Shown here piece by piece: positions 9,539-19,888 of a stretch of 64,000 nucleotides of DNA. Numbering within the stretch: position 1 is the stretch's first letter; each line of letters begins with the position of its first letter. The stretch lies in NCBI GenBank assembly GCA_965226375.1, contig CBDDCX010000007.1:416001-480000 (forward strand), given 5' to 3'. The position numbers and the translations under genes are program-made. The notes under the pieces were generated by a model. That model was not told the DNA's origin. It was given only the letters and a program-made list of their open reading frames with translations, and searched no databases. Origin of the DNA: Longimicrobiales bacterium (GTDB lineage: Bacteria; Gemmatimonadota; Gemmatimonadetes; Longimicrobiales; Gaopeijiaceae).

Positions 9539-10948
9539 ATGACGTTCCGCTCGGAGCTCCCGCGCAAGGTCGTGCACATCACGATGGGGGGCTTTGCCCT
9601 GTTGTTGCGGTGGCTGACGCCCTGGCAGGCCGTTCTGATGGCCGTGGCCGCTCTCGCGCTCAACTTTTTCTTTCTCCACAGCCTGACCGGGGGGAGGTTG
9701 CTGCGGCCCGAGGAGCGGGTAAAGAACTTCTCCCCCGGTGTCGTGATCTATCCCGCCGCCCTACTCGGCGTTTTCGTGATCTTCCAATCGCGTCTGGAGT
9801 TGGCCGCCGGGATCTGGGCGCTCCTGGCGGTGGGCGACGGCATGGCCACGCTTTCGGGCCTGGCCCTCGGTGGTCCCCGGCTGCCGTGGAACAAGAAGAA
9901 GACGTGGTCGGGGCTCACGGCCTTTGTCCTCTTCGGAACGGCCGCAGGCGCGTTCTTGATTCGGTGGACGCAGCTGGCCCGCGGCTCTTCCGCCCTATGG
10001 CCCGAGATCGACGTGACGTGGGTCGGTCCGTCGTTCTTCTCCGGCGGGCTCGTCGACGAAGGGACCATCACGTTTCTGCCCCTCGGTTGCCTGGCGGCGG
10101 CCGCTGCGGCTGCTGTGGCCGAGTCGCTGGAGAGCAGTATAGACGATAACATACTCGTGCCGTTGGTGGGTGGTGGGGTGCTCTCACTGTCCACCCTCGT
10201 CATCCCGTCTCAACTCGCTGAGAATGCTACCGTGCTTGCGTCCGGGTTGGCGTGGGGGCTCTCCGTCACCGCGCCATTCACGGTGTTGGCGTACGGGATC
10301 GGGTCCGTTGATCGTAGCGGTGCCGTTGGCGGCCTTTTGATGGGCACGCTCCTCTACGCCATAGCGGGTTGGCCGGGCTACGGCCTCTTGATTCTGTTGG
10401 TCGTCAGTGGGGTGGGCGTGACGCGCTTGGGTCATTCCCGCAAGGCAGCTCTTGGCATCGCTCAGGAGAGGGGCGGACGGAGGAGGGCGGGGAGCGCCCT
10501 GGCCAACACGGGTGCAGCGGTGGCCTTTGGCTTTTTGGCGGTGGCGACACCTTTTCCGGATCTGTTCGCGCTGGCCATGGCGGGGGCCTTTGCCACGGCG
10601 CTTTTCGACACTACGGCCTCGGAGTTCGGTAAGGCGTTCGGGAGACGGCACCACCTTGTCACCCTTCGATCTGTTCCGGCCGGTACGGACGGAGCCGTCT
10701 CCCTAGAAGGGACGGTCGCCGGTGTCGTGGCTGGGGTTGTGATGGCGCTACTCGCCTGGGCCCTCGGTCTGGTCACGATGGTCGGGGCGATGGCGGTGGT
10801 GATCGGCGCCTTCTGCGGATCCATGGTGGAGTCGTTGATCAGCGCCCTGATTCGAGGACGCACCGGATCCGACAAGGAGCTCCTCAACCTGGCCAATACC
10901 GTGGTGGGTGCCGCCGTCTCCGTGGCCCTAGTGGTCGCCTTCTTCTAG
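9539..10948 (+). CDS. Membrane protein: phytol/dolichol-kinase-like (CTP-dependent) domain fused to DUF92/TMEM19 domain
   Basis: RKVVH, GDGMA, KKTWSG, DDN in N-half; ALANTG, DTTASEFG, GTDGAVSLEGT in C-half. Confidence 0.8.
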   Translation: MTFRSELPRKVVHITMGGFALLLRWLTPWQAVLMAVAALALNFFFLHSLTGGRLLRPEERVKNFSPGVVIYPAALLGVFVIFQSRLELAAGIWALLAVGDGMATLSGLALGGPRLPWNKKKTWSGLTAFVLFGTAAGAFLIRWTQLARGSSALWPEIDVTWVGPSFFSGGLVDEGTITFLPLGCLAAAAAAAVAESLESSIDDNILVPLVGGGVLSLSTLVIPSQLAENATVLASGLAWGLSVTAPFTVLAYGIGSVDRSGAVGGLLMGTLLYAIAGWPGYGLLILLVVSGVGVTRLGHSRKAALGIAQERGGRRRAGSALANTGAAVAFGFLAVATPFPDLFALAMAGAFATALFDTTASEFGKAFGRRHHLVTLRSVPAGTDGAVSLEGTVAGVVAGVVMALLAWALGLVTMVGAMAVVIGAFCGSMVESLISALIRGRTGSDKELLNLANTVVGAAVSVALVVAFF

Positions 10949-11166
10949 TGCGCAGCCACTACATTCCCCGATCCACGGCGGGGTGGATCACGCTCCTCGC
11001 TTTCCTGGCCCTCATGGCACTGGCCCAGCCCCCCATCGTGTATTGGGTAGACGTGTTATTCAGCGGGACTTGGGTACTCGGCCTGCCGTTCCTCTACGTC
11101 TACCTCGGCGTCATCTACTTCGCCCTCATCGGCGTTCTCCTCTTGGCACTTCGGAAGAAGGTCTGA
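10948..11166 (+). CDS. Small 2-TM protein (DUF3311-like) accompanying a sodium:solute symporter
   Basis: 72 aa, two hydrophobic helices, VLGLPFLY, directly upstream of SSS gene. Confidence 0.75.
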   Translation: MRSHYIPRSTAGWITLLAFLALMALAQPPIVYWVDVLFSGTWVLGLPFLYVYLGVIYFALIGVLLLALRKKV

Positions 11167-11169
11167 AGC

Positions 11170-12675
11170 GTGGAGACCTGGGTCGTCGCAACCGGTCTCA
11201 TCTTTGCGTACATCCTAATCACGATCGTCCTCGGATTCCTGGCGAACCGCGCCATGTCCGTGGACCTGGAGGACTTCCTGCTCTACGGCCGGAAAGCCGG
11301 GTTCGTGGTCCTCTACCTCACGGTGGTGGCCAGTTATCACTCGGCGTTCGCGTTCCTCGGATCTGGCGGTTTCTTCTACACGCATGGGATCGGCTTCTGG
11401 GAAGCCGGAACGTGGACGATCATGGTGGGTGCGATCACCTATACGCTCGGCGTCCGCATCTGGGTGCTGGGCAAGCGCTTCGGTTACATCACGCCCGCCG
11501 ACATGTTGGCCGACTTCTACGAGAGTGAATCGGTCCGAGTGGTGGTGGCCCTCGTTTCGGTTCTCTTCACGGTCCTGTACATCCAGGTCCAGGCGCAAGG
11601 GCTTGGATATATCATTTCGGTGGCGTCCGGCGACCGCATCTCGTTCGAGGTGGGAACGCTCATCTTGCTCATCGTAGCGGGCGGATACCTCATGGCGGGA
11701 GGACTCAGAGCGGTCTACTGGACCGACGTGATCCAGGGCGTGTGGATGTATGTGGCCGTGTGGGTAGGTGCCCTCGTTCTGGCCGAGAGGCTCTTTGGGG
11801 GTCCTCTGGCTCTTTGGCGCAGGGTGGCCGAGGAACGCCCGGATCTGTTGCGGTTGCCCGGGCCCGAGGGCTTCTTTACGCCTGGCATGTGGGTGGGCAT
11901 GACGGTGGCTCTGTCCTTCGGGATCGTGCTTCAGCCCCACATGATGATCCGCTACTACACGGCGACGTCTGGGCGGGTGATCAAGTGGCTCGGCGCCACC
12001 ACACCCATCTTCCTCATGACCCTGTACATCCCGGCCGCTCTGGTCGGGATGGGTGGGGCCATCATCATGCCGGATCTGGCGACTCCCGACCGTATCTTTC
12101 CCGAGCTGCTGGTCCTGTACGCCCCGGCGTGGCTAACGGGCCTGATTCTGGCCGGGGCCACCGCGGCCGCCATGTCCACGTTGGACTCCATACTCCACGC
12201 AAACATGACGGTGCTCACCCGGGACGTATACCAGCGATATGTGGCTCCGAACCGCGACGCCGGCCACTACCTGTGGGTAGGACGGGGGATCGTGCTGGGA
12301 CTCCTGGTGGTGGGATACGTGCTGTCCGTAAACACCTTCAGCTTCCTAGTGACCCTTGTGACGCTCTCGGGGGCGGGAGCGCTACAGCTTCTCCCGGGGA
12401 CCTTGGGCGTGTGTTATCCTACACGTCGACCGTTCAGCAGGGTAGGGGTGCTCGCGGGCATCGGCGTGGGGATGATGGTGCTTTATTGGACCCTGGCCAT
12501 CGTACCCCACCCAGCCGGTGTACACGGGGCCATCTGGTCCTTGGCGGCCAACTTCGTGACGTGCATCGTGGTGTCGAGATTCACGGCACCGCCTTCGATC
12601 GAGACCGTGAATCGCATTCATGGCGCCCTGGAGGATTACGTGTACGGGTCCGGCGACGAGGGCCTGGGCGTCTAA
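11170..12675 (+). CDS. Sodium:solute symporter family protein
   Basis: SAFAFLG, GGLRAVYWTDVIQG, AAAMSTLDS motifs. Confidence 0.93.
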   Translation: METWVVATGLIFAYILITIVLGFLANRAMSVDLEDFLLYGRKAGFVVLYLTVVASYHSAFAFLGSGGFFYTHGIGFWEAGTWTIMVGAITYTLGVRIWVLGKRFGYITPADMLADFYESESVRVVVALVSVLFTVLYIQVQAQGLGYIISVASGDRISFEVGTLILLIVAGGYLMAGGLRAVYWTDVIQGVWMYVAVWVGALVLAERLFGGPLALWRRVAEERPDLLRLPGPEGFFTPGMWVGMTVALSFGIVLQPHMMIRYYTATSGRVIKWLGATTPIFLMTLYIPAALVGMGGAIIMPDLATPDRIFPELLVLYAPAWLTGLILAGATAAAMSTLDSILHANMTVLTRDVYQRYVAPNRDAGHYLWVGRGIVLGLLVVGYVLSVNTFSFLVTLVTLSGAGALQLLPGTLGVCYPTRRPFSRVGVLAGIGVGMMVLYWTLAIVPHPAGVHGAIWSLAANFVTCIVVSRFTAPPSIETVNRIHGALEDYVYGSGDEGLGV

Positions 12676-12684
12676 CCCGGTGCC

Positions 12685-15045
12685 TCAGCCTGCCGCCAAC
12701 GCCTCACGAAGCATACGCTGGGTCAGCTCGGGATCGGCGGCGCCTTTCGTCTCGCTCATCACCTGTCCGACGAAGAACCCGAGCAAACCGGTCTTGCCGC
12801 TCCGGTACGCTTCGACCTTGTCGGGATGGCGCTCCATGACCGCGGCGACCAACGGCCCCAGGGCTGAGGCGTCCCTCACCTGTCCCAGGCCCCGCTCCTT
12901 GATAATGCCGGCAGGATCACCACCTTCGGTAGCGAGGATCGTCAGAACGTCCTTCGCCGCTCGCCCGGAAACCGCCCCGCTCGAGACGAGATCCACCAGT
13001 GTGCCCAGCTCGGCCCCGCCGAACGGTAGATCCGCGATCGGTCGTGCCTCCCGGATCCGTGGCACCTCGTTTACGACCCACTTTGCCAGGAGCGCGGGCT
13101 CGCCGGTATGATCCGTGGCGGCCCGGAACAACTCCAGCAGCTCGGCATTCTGAGCCAGCACCGAGGCCTCTGCCTCTGAGAGGCCGGACTTGGACATGAG
13201 CGCGTCGTAGATTCGTCCGGCTTCGGAGTCGTCGGGGCGTGCGGCGCGCCGTGCCGGAGACGGGTCTCCCCGTGCAGGCTGCCAGGTGCTTGTTCGTGAC
13301 TCCGTCCTCGTCGTGACCTCTCCTTCAGAGCTCGAAGCTGACGCTTCCCGTGCCTTCGCCCAACTGTCGCGGAGGGTGACCGTGCGGTTGAACACCAACT
13401 TGTCCCGCTTCGAGTCCACCGAATCGGGCACGAAGTATCCCGTCCGCTCGAACTGATACGGGCCGTCGGATTTACTCGCGGCCACGCTGGGCTCGATCCG
13501 GCTCTCGGTAAGCACCACCAGTGACTCGGGATTGAGATGCACGGTGAAGTCCTCACCCTCGTCCACATCTTCGGGGTCGGCCTTGATGAAGAGCCGGTCG
13601 TACAGGCGCACTTCAACGGGCAGTGACTCGGAAGCGGAGACCCAGTGGATCGTCCCCTTTACCTTGCGGCCTTCCGGTGTGTTGCCGCTTCGGGTCTCGG
13701 GGTCGTAGGTGCAGTGAACTTCCGTGACATCTCCAGCTTCGTCTTTGATCACGTCCACACAACGAACCACGTACCCATAACGGAGGCGGACCTCTTCACC
13801 CGGGATCAATCTCTTGAAGCCCTTCGGAGGGTCCTCCTCGAAGTCGCTCCTCTCTATGTACACCTCACGGGTGAACGGGATAGGGCGGGCCCCCTCCTTG
13901 CCCACGTCCTTGGGAAAGTACGGCGCATCCAGCGCTTCGACGTCTCCCTCCGGATAGTTGACGATGACGATCTTCAGGGGTCGCAGCACACACATGACCC
14001 TCGGCGCCTGATGGTTGAGCTCGTCGCGGATCGCGTACTCGAGCTTCGCGACATCGACCCGGTTCTCGGTCTTGGCCACCCCGATCATGTCACAGAAGGT
14101 GCGGAGAGCCTTGGGCGGCACGCCTCTTCGTCGCATCCCGGCAACGGTGGGCATTCGCGGGTCATCCCACCCCGACACATGCCCGTCGGTCACCAGCGTC
14201 AGCAACATGCGCTTGCTTAGCACAGTGTAGTCGAGGTTGAGCCGGGCCATCTCGTACTGACGAGGATGGGGACGCGGCACTTCCAGGTTGTCCAGAACCC
14301 AGTCGTAGAGTTCACGATTGTTCTCGAACTCCAACGTACAGACCGAGTGGGTAATGCCCTCGATCGAATCGGAGAGACAGTGCGTAAAGTCGTAGAGGGG
14401 ATAGATGCACCAATCCCCCCCTGTCCGGTAATGATCGGCATGCCGAATGCGATAGAGGACCGGGTCACGCATGAGCATGTTGTTCGCGGCCATGTCGATT
14501 CGGGCTCGCAGAACGTGTTCACCGTCTCCGAACTCTCCGGCTCGCATACGGCCGAAGAGATCGAGGTTCTCCTCCACCGTACGATCCCTGAACGGGCTTT
14601 CCTTGCCGGGCTCGCCCACGGTGCCGCGGTACTCGCGAATTCCCTCCCCGCTCAAGCTGTCCACATAAGCCTTGCCCGCCCGAATCAACTCGGTCGCGTA
14701 CTCGTACAGGCGCTCGAAATAGTCCGACGCAAAATAGAGGTGCTCTCCCCAATCGAACCCGAGCCAGCGGACGTCCGCTTGAATCGAGCGAACGTATAGT
14801 TCGTCCTCGGTCTCCGGGTTGGTATCGTCGAAGCGGAGATGTGTGACGCCCCCATGGTCGGCGGCGGCGCCGAAGTTGAGGCAAATCGACTTGGCGTGAC
14901 CAATGTGGAGATATCCATTGGGCTCCGGAGGAAAGCGAGTAACTACGGCTCCCCCGTGCTTGCCCGAACCTACGTCTTCGGCGATGATGGCGCGGACGAA
15001 ATCCCGCCCGGGGCTTGGAACGGATGGGTTCTTGTGTTTAGTCAT
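12685..15045 (-). CDS. glnS: Glutamine--tRNA ligase with C-terminal YqeY/GatB domain
   Basis: [34 protein letters not shown]-terminal [17 protein letters not shown]. Confidence 0.96.
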   Translation of the reverse strand: MTKHKNPSVPSPGRDFVRAIIAEDVGSGKHGGAVVTRFPPEPNGYLHIGHAKSICLNFGAAADHGGVTHLRFDDTNPETEDELYVRSIQADVRWLGFDWGEHLYFASDYFERLYEYATELIRAGKAYVDSLSGEGIREYRGTVGEPGKESPFRDRTVEENLDLFGRMRAGEFGDGEHVLRARIDMAANNMLMRDPVLYRIRHADHYRTGGDWCIYPLYDFTHCLSDSIEGITHSVCTLEFENNRELYDWVLDNLEVPRPHPRQYEMARLNLDYTVLSKRMLLTLVTDGHVSGWDDPRMPTVAGMRRRGVPPKALRTFCDMIGVAKTENRVDVAKLEYAIRDELNHQAPRVMCVLRPLKIVIVNYPEGDVEALDAPYFPKDVGKEGARPIPFTREVYIERSDFEEDPPKGFKRLIPGEEVRLRYGYVVRCVDVIKDEAGDVTEVHCTYDPETRSGNTPEGRKVKGTIHWVSASESLPVEVRLYDRLFIKADPEDVDEGEDFTVHLNPESLVVLTESRIEPSVAASKSDGPYQFERTGYFVPDSVDSKRDKLVFNRTVTLRDSWAKAREASASSSEGEVTTRTESRTSTWQPARGDPSPARRAARPDDSEAGRIYDALMSKSGLSEAEASVLAQNAELLELFRAATDHTGEPALLAKWVVNEVPRIREARPIADLPFGGAELGTLVDLVSSGAVSGRAAKDVLTILATEGGDPAGIIKERGLGQVRDASALGPLVAAVMERHPDKVEAYRSGKTGLLGFFVGQVMSETKGAADPELTQRMLREALAAG

Positions 15046-15214
15046 GAAGCATCGGACGGGTCCGCCCCGGCACCCGGGTTCACGCGTGTGAAGCGCGGTT
15101 CTTTTCCAAATTCGTGGATCCAGGGGAGTCTAACCCCGGTATCATCAATGGGTTCACGGGGAATCATGGGAACGTGTGGAAGGAGTTGCTTAAGGGTTCC
15201 GATGCGGAGGGTTC

Positions 15215-16843
15215 GTGAGAATCACGAGGTCGAAGGGGTTCGTAACTTGGGTCACGGTGGTCGCTGCTCTGGTGGTGGGCGGCGCCGCGGGAACGTCGCC
15301 GCGAGGAGCGGACTCCCCTCTGCCGCCTCAGGCGACTCCCAAACTCGTAGTCCTGGTAGTGGTGGATCAACTCCGCGGCGACTTGCTGCCAGCATATTCC
15401 GCCGCGTTCAGCGGGGGATTTCGTAAGCTCCTCGATGGAGGATTCCGCTTCACCCGGGCGACTCACAACCACGCCGTGACCTCAACCGCGCCCGGACACG
15501 CTACGATCTCGACCGGCGTGCACCCGTCCAAGCACCGCATGGTCGCGAATGAATGGTATGAGATCGAAGACGGCCAACTGGTGCCCGCGTTCTCCGTGGG
15601 AGACTCGTTGGCGCCGATCCTCGGGTATAGCGGCTATCGGGGACGCTCCTCCGCCCACCTCGAACGGGAGGGACTCGCCGACTGGATCGAAGCCGCTGAC
15701 GACGATGCGCGCATCGTGTCCATCTCACGAAAGGACGTGGCGGCCATCAATCTTGCCGGGAAAACAAAGGGGGAGGTGTATTGGCTCCTCCAGGAATTCG
15801 GAAAGTTTGCCACCTCTGAATTCTACGCTGACCGCTATCCCCGTTGGATCACGCGCTTCAACCGAGACGTCCTCCCGGACGTATACTCCGATACCATCTG
15901 GGAAAGCCAGATTCCTGAAGACCTACTCCATCTCACCAGGCCCGACACATCGATGTGGGAGGGTGCCCCTGGACAGAGCGCCTTTCCGCATCTTCCCCGG
16001 GCGGAGCTGGCCCGGGAGGGCGAAAGGGGTCTGAACAGTTGGCGGCACGGGACTCCCTTTCCCGATAAGGCGGTGCTTCACCTGGCCATGGAAGCCATCG
16101 ACGAGCGAAAGCTTGGACAACGCCGTGAAGTCGATTTCTTGGCGCTCTCCTTCTCACAGACCGACGCCATGGGCCACGGCTACGGTCCGTGGAGTCGCGA
16201 GCAGCTGGACAATCTGATCCGGCTCGATGGACTGCTCGGGCAGCTCATGGCGTTTCTCGACGAGGAGGTGGGCGAGGATAACTGGGTAATGGCCCTGACC
16301 AGTGATCACGGGGTGTCGGACATTCCCGAGCTCCGCGACGATCCGGTGGCGCGCCTCGTCGTCGATGATGTCCGCGAGGTTCTGCAGACAGCCCAACAGG
16401 CCCTGACCGACCAAGGAACTGACGGTGATGTTGCTCGACGGCTCGTTGAAGCGCTCGAGCCGCTCCCGAGTATTCGCCGGGTATTCACGTTCGCAGAGCT
16501 CGAGGTGGACCAGCCGGCCGACTCGTTCGCCCAGTTCTACGCGAACTCCCACGTACCCGAGCGCCCAGTAAACCAGCTCGCGCGATACGGCGTCTACCTA
16601 CTGTGGACGCCGCACTCCCTGGTGGCTCCTTCCTGGCTGACACGTCGCGTCGGCACGGATCACCGCTCGGCGTACTACTTCGACCGATGGGTGCCGCTGA
16701 TGTTTTACGGGGCGGGTGTCGAAGCGGGTTCCTTCGAAGGCGCTGCTGCTACAGTGGACGTGGCGCCCACGCTGGCGGCACTGGCAGGGATCTCGACTCC
16801 CGACGATCTCGACGGCGAGGTCCTGATCCCAGGGGTGCCCTGA
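15215..16843 (+). CDS. Alkaline phosphatase superfamily protein (PafA-like), exported
   Basis: VVVDQLR, TSTAPGHATI, DAMGHGYGP, TSDHG, VDVAPTLA. Confidence 0.9.
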   Translation: MRITRSKGFVTWVTVVAALVVGGAAGTSPRGADSPLPPQATPKLVVLVVVDQLRGDLLPAYSAAFSGGFRKLLDGGFRFTRATHNHAVTSTAPGHATISTGVHPSKHRMVANEWYEIEDGQLVPAFSVGDSLAPILGYSGYRGRSSAHLEREGLADWIEAADDDARIVSISRKDVAAINLAGKTKGEVYWLLQEFGKFATSEFYADRYPRWITRFNRDVLPDVYSDTIWESQIPEDLLHLTRPDTSMWEGAPGQSAFPHLPRAELAREGERGLNSWRHGTPFPDKAVLHLAMEAIDERKLGQRREVDFLALSFSQTDAMGHGYGPWSREQLDNLIRLDGLLGQLMAFLDEEVGEDNWVMALTSDHGVSDIPELRDDPVARLVVDDVREVLQTAQQALTDQGTDGDVARRLVEALEPLPSIRRVFTFAELEVDQPADSFAQFYANSHVPERPVNQLARYGVYLLWTPHSLVAPSWLTRRVGTDHRSAYYFDRWVPLMFYGAGVEAGSFEGAAATVDVAPTLAALAGISTPDDLDGEVLIPGVP

Positions 16844-16896
16844 TGCGGGAGGATAGCGACACGGTAGACTCCGCATCGGTTCCCACGTACGCGAAA

Positions 16897-16920
16897 GCCC
16901 CCATGGAATTCATGGGGGGC
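16897..16920. terminator. Hairpin between convergent genes
   Basis: CCCCCATG-GAATT-CATGGGGG perfect 8-bp stem. Confidence 0.4.
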
Positions 16921-16945
16921 CTCCCGGAAACGCTTCGAGAGGGCG

Positions 16946-17173
16946 CTATGCGATTCGGCGGTCGCCGTTTCGGCGAACCTCCGCACGGCGCAAGGAACCG
17001 GCGCGTCGGACGGAGCCTGCGCGGCGGATGTCCGCGCGCTGCTCACTATCTACCGAAGCCTCGCTGATACGACGGTTCCAGATGCGGCGCCCCTTGCCGA
17101 TACGTCTCTCATCATCGTCGCGTTTGTCGGGTCCTCGGCGTGCTACGTTGCGACGTTCGCTCTGAACTTCCAT
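16946..17173 (-). CDS. Small Arg-rich protein with repeated RR/RxxxR motifs
   Basis: 75 aa MEVQSERRNVARR...VRRNGDRRIA; fills the gap downstream of the antiporter. Confidence 0.5.
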   Translation of the reverse strand: MEVQSERRNVARRGPDKRDDDERRIGKGRRIWNRRISEASVDSEQRADIRRAGSVRRAGSLRRAEVRRNGDRRIA

Positions 17174-17343
17174 CCATCTCGTTCCTGTCTGGGGGGACAA
17201 CGAGTCCAATCCTCGGGCTAGGTACATTACCGTTCCTCATTAAAGATGGGAACGGGCCGGGTATTCTGTCCAGCATCTTCACGACATTGGTACTGGCCAG
17301 GCCACGGCCCGCGCCGCGCCTTTCCGGTGCGCGACCGGTGTTA

Positions 17344-19887
17344 TTACTCGCCGTTATACGGCTTCCGGGGCTTGCTGGGTGTCCTCAACTCCATGCGACG
17401 GTGCTTGTCCGCTTCCTCCAACGCTTTCTGGATTCGGGGACAGGCATCCCTGACCGCATCCAAGTCGTCTCGCCGTAATTCGTATAACGCGCACGGGGTT
17501 ACGGCACGGCACGTTGCCGTGCGCGGAGTTCCGTGCAGCAACGCCATCTCCCCGAAAAAGTCGCCCGCCATCAGTGTCGCCATGTCCCGGGCGAGTCCAC
17601 CGTCCTGTCTGGATACCCGAACCACTCCGCGAGCCACCAGATAAAGCGACGATCCAGAGGCTCCCTGCTGCACGATGACCTCGCCGGCCGGCGCTGTCCT
17701 CCGCCTCAGCTTCGACGCGACAATGGCGAACTCCTCTTGATGCGTGTCCACGAAGAACGGCACCTTTTTCAGGAGTTCCTCCGGGTCGACCGCGAGCTTC
17801 CCGATCTTGCTCGCGCGGAGATCACGGAGTTCGTCCGCCATCTCTGCGAGCATCGCTTCGGCCACGCCCTCCGGGATGATGCCGGCGTGCGCTTTGGCTT
17901 CGATGGCCTCACGTTCGGCGTGGAGTACCATGCGTTCCGCGAGCCGTTCCTGCGTGGAATGGACGAACTCGGGGAACTGCTCGGCGTTCTGATCGAGACG
18001 CGCGCGTGCGTTCTCCTTCCAGTACTCGTAGGAGGCCCGAATGTCGTCCACGATTTCTGGTCGGGCCGCCTCGGCCTCTCCGACGGTGTCTAATTCCTCC
18101 AACACCTGAAGACTACCACGCGACCGAGCCCACGCGATTTCGTAGTCCCGAGCGGTCCGCTCCGCGCGCATGCTCTCCGCCCACGCCCCAAGGCCTGGGA
18201 CGTGATCCATGAGGCGGTAGACCACGTTTTCGATCCTCTCACCCGTAGGCGGATGGAGCGTGAACTCGGGCAGCCGTCCCTCGTGTCGGATCCCCTCGGT
18301 CTGCAGCTCGATGGAGTGGACGAGATTTCGGTAGGTCCGTTCCGTGAGATGACCCCGGGAGAACATGGAGTAGTAGATGGTGTTTTCCTCACCGAACGAG
18401 CGGAGATAGAGGAGTTTTCTCTCCTGCTCGAGGTCCAGATCCTCCCGGCGAAGCTCGGCCAGGTCAGACTTCATTGATTCAATGCTCGCTTCGCAACGGG
18501 AGCGGACCCCTTCGGCGATGCGCGGAGGAAAAAGCCCGCCGGTTTGAAGGTCCGGGATCTGTTCGAGCGTGCGCTGTTTGGCAGACAGCAGCCCTTCGAG
18601 GCGGGCGACACGATCCGACAGCGGTGGAACGTGAAGCCCGAACTTCTTGACGAGAGCTTCTATGGAGAGGCCCTGCACAAGGAGCGTGAAGAGGACGGCC
18701 CCCATGACCAGCGCAACGATGACCTCGTTCAGGTCCCCGAAACCCGGCACTTCTCTCCCCAGGTCCGGAAGACTGAGGGCGATGGCCAGAGCGACGGCAC
18801 CCCGGAGCCCTCCCCAGAACATCACGGTCTGATAGTCCCGGTCGATCGGATCAGAGCCCGGGAGCCGACCGATGCCGGGCACCAGCCCGAAGATCACCGT
18901 GGCCCGGGAGACGAGCATGGCCGCGATCACGACCACCAAGAGAGGTGCGCTGCTCGCAAGGGCCCCGAGGTCCACCGCCAGGCCCACCATCAAGAAGATG
19001 AGAGCGTTGGCCACCATGGCCATGTACTCCCAAAAATGCTCGAGGTAGCCTGCCACGGATGGGGATATCTTGGCCTTTCCCCAGCCTCCGATGAGCATGC
19101 CGGCCATAACCGTAGCCATCACTCCGCTCAGGTGGAGCACCTCTTCGGCCAAGAGGAACGAGACATAGGCCAGGACGGTCGTGAGCGTCACCTCGATAAA
19201 AGTGTCGGCCTCTACCCGGCCCAGGATCATTCCCACGACCAGGGCCGACGCCCACCCGACCATCAGTCCGCCGAAGAACACGAATAGGAACTGAACACCA
19301 CCAAAGACGATGGCCTCCTTGGTGATGACGCCGGCCAGAAGGATGCCCGTCAAGATTTTCGCCAGCACGATTGCCGTCGCGTCATTGAAGAGGCTTTCGC
19401 CCTCCACGAGGATCGTAAGCCGCTTGGGCGCGCCGAACTGGCGGAAGAGGGAAATCACCGAGACAGGATCCGTGGCGCTGAGGATCGACCCGAGGAGGAG
19501 TGCTTCGAGCCAGTCCAGCGGGGTGGCTACGACCACGATTGCTGCGATGAGACCGGTGGAGATGAGCAGGCCGGGCACGGCCAAGGTCAGCACCGCCGTC
19601 AGGTTCTCACGAAGCGCCCGCGCCTCGAGGTTGAACGCAGCCTCGAAGATCAGGGTGGGAAGGAAGACAAAGAAGGCGATTTCCGGGGCGATCTGCAGAT
19701 TCGCGATGGGTTCCAGAATCGCCCCGCCGAAGCGGGCCAACTGTGCCAAGGCGATCCCCGTGACGACCAAAGCCACCGTGAACGGAACCTTGATGCGTTT
19801 CGAGATGGCCATGACCCCGGCCGCGACGAGCAGGAGCCCGACCGTGGCGCCGACCACCTCGATCACATGATGGCCGGCTTCATCCAC
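17344..19887 (-). CDS. CPA1-family Na+/H+ antiporter with C-terminal cyclic-nucleotide-binding domain
   Basis: SATDPVSV, EGESLFNDATA, WGGLRGA; C-terminal GDFFGEMALLHGTPRTAT. Confidence 0.92.
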   Translation of the reverse strand: MDEAGHHVIEVVGATVGLLLVAAGVMAISKRIKVPFTVALVVTGIALAQLARFGGAILEPIANLQIAPEIAFFVFLPTLIFEAAFNLEARALRENLTAVLTLAVPGLLISTGLIAAIVVVATPLDWLEALLLGSILSATDPVSVISLFRQFGAPKRLTILVEGESLFNDATAIVLAKILTGILLAGVITKEAIVFGGVQFLFVFFGGLMVGWASALVVGMILGRVEADTFIEVTLTTVLAYVSFLLAEEVLHLSGVMATVMAGMLIGGWGKAKISPSVAGYLEHFWEYMAMVANALIFLMVGLAVDLGALASSAPLLVVVIAAMLVSRATVIFGLVPGIGRLPGSDPIDRDYQTVMFWGGLRGAVALAIALSLPDLGREVPGFGDLNEVIVALVMGAVLFTLLVQGLSIEALVKKFGLHVPPLSDRVARLEGLLSAKQRTLEQIPDLQTGGLFPPRIAEGVRSRCEASIESMKSDLAELRREDLDLEQERKLLYLRSFGEENTIYYSMFSRGHLTERTYRNLVHSIELQTEGIRHEGRLPEFTLHPPTGERIENVVYRLMDHVPGLGAWAESMRAERTARDYEIAWARSRGSLQVLEELDTVGEAEAARPEIVDDIRASYEYWKENARARLDQNAEQFPEFVHSTQERLAERMVLHAEREAIEAKAHAGIIPEGVAEAMLAEMADELRDLRASKIGKLAVDPEELLKKVPFFVDTHQEEFAIVASKLRRRTAPAGEVIVQQGASGSSLYLVARGVVRVSRQDGGLARDMATLMAGDFFGEMALLHGTPRTATCRAVTPCALYELRRDDLDAVRDACPRIQKALEEADKHRRMELRTPSKPRKPYNGE

Positions 19888-19888
19888 G

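Noticed and set aside
9464..9539. Permease TGA in-frame with the DUF92 gene with no intervening stop
   Set aside because: Both proteins look complete and there is no redox motif; a one-in-three coincidence.
11164..11170. TGA of the small membrane gene is in-frame with the symporter start (possible Sec read-through)
   Set aside because: No Cys-type motif context or evident SECIS; small TM gene plus SSS is a normal two-gene arrangement.
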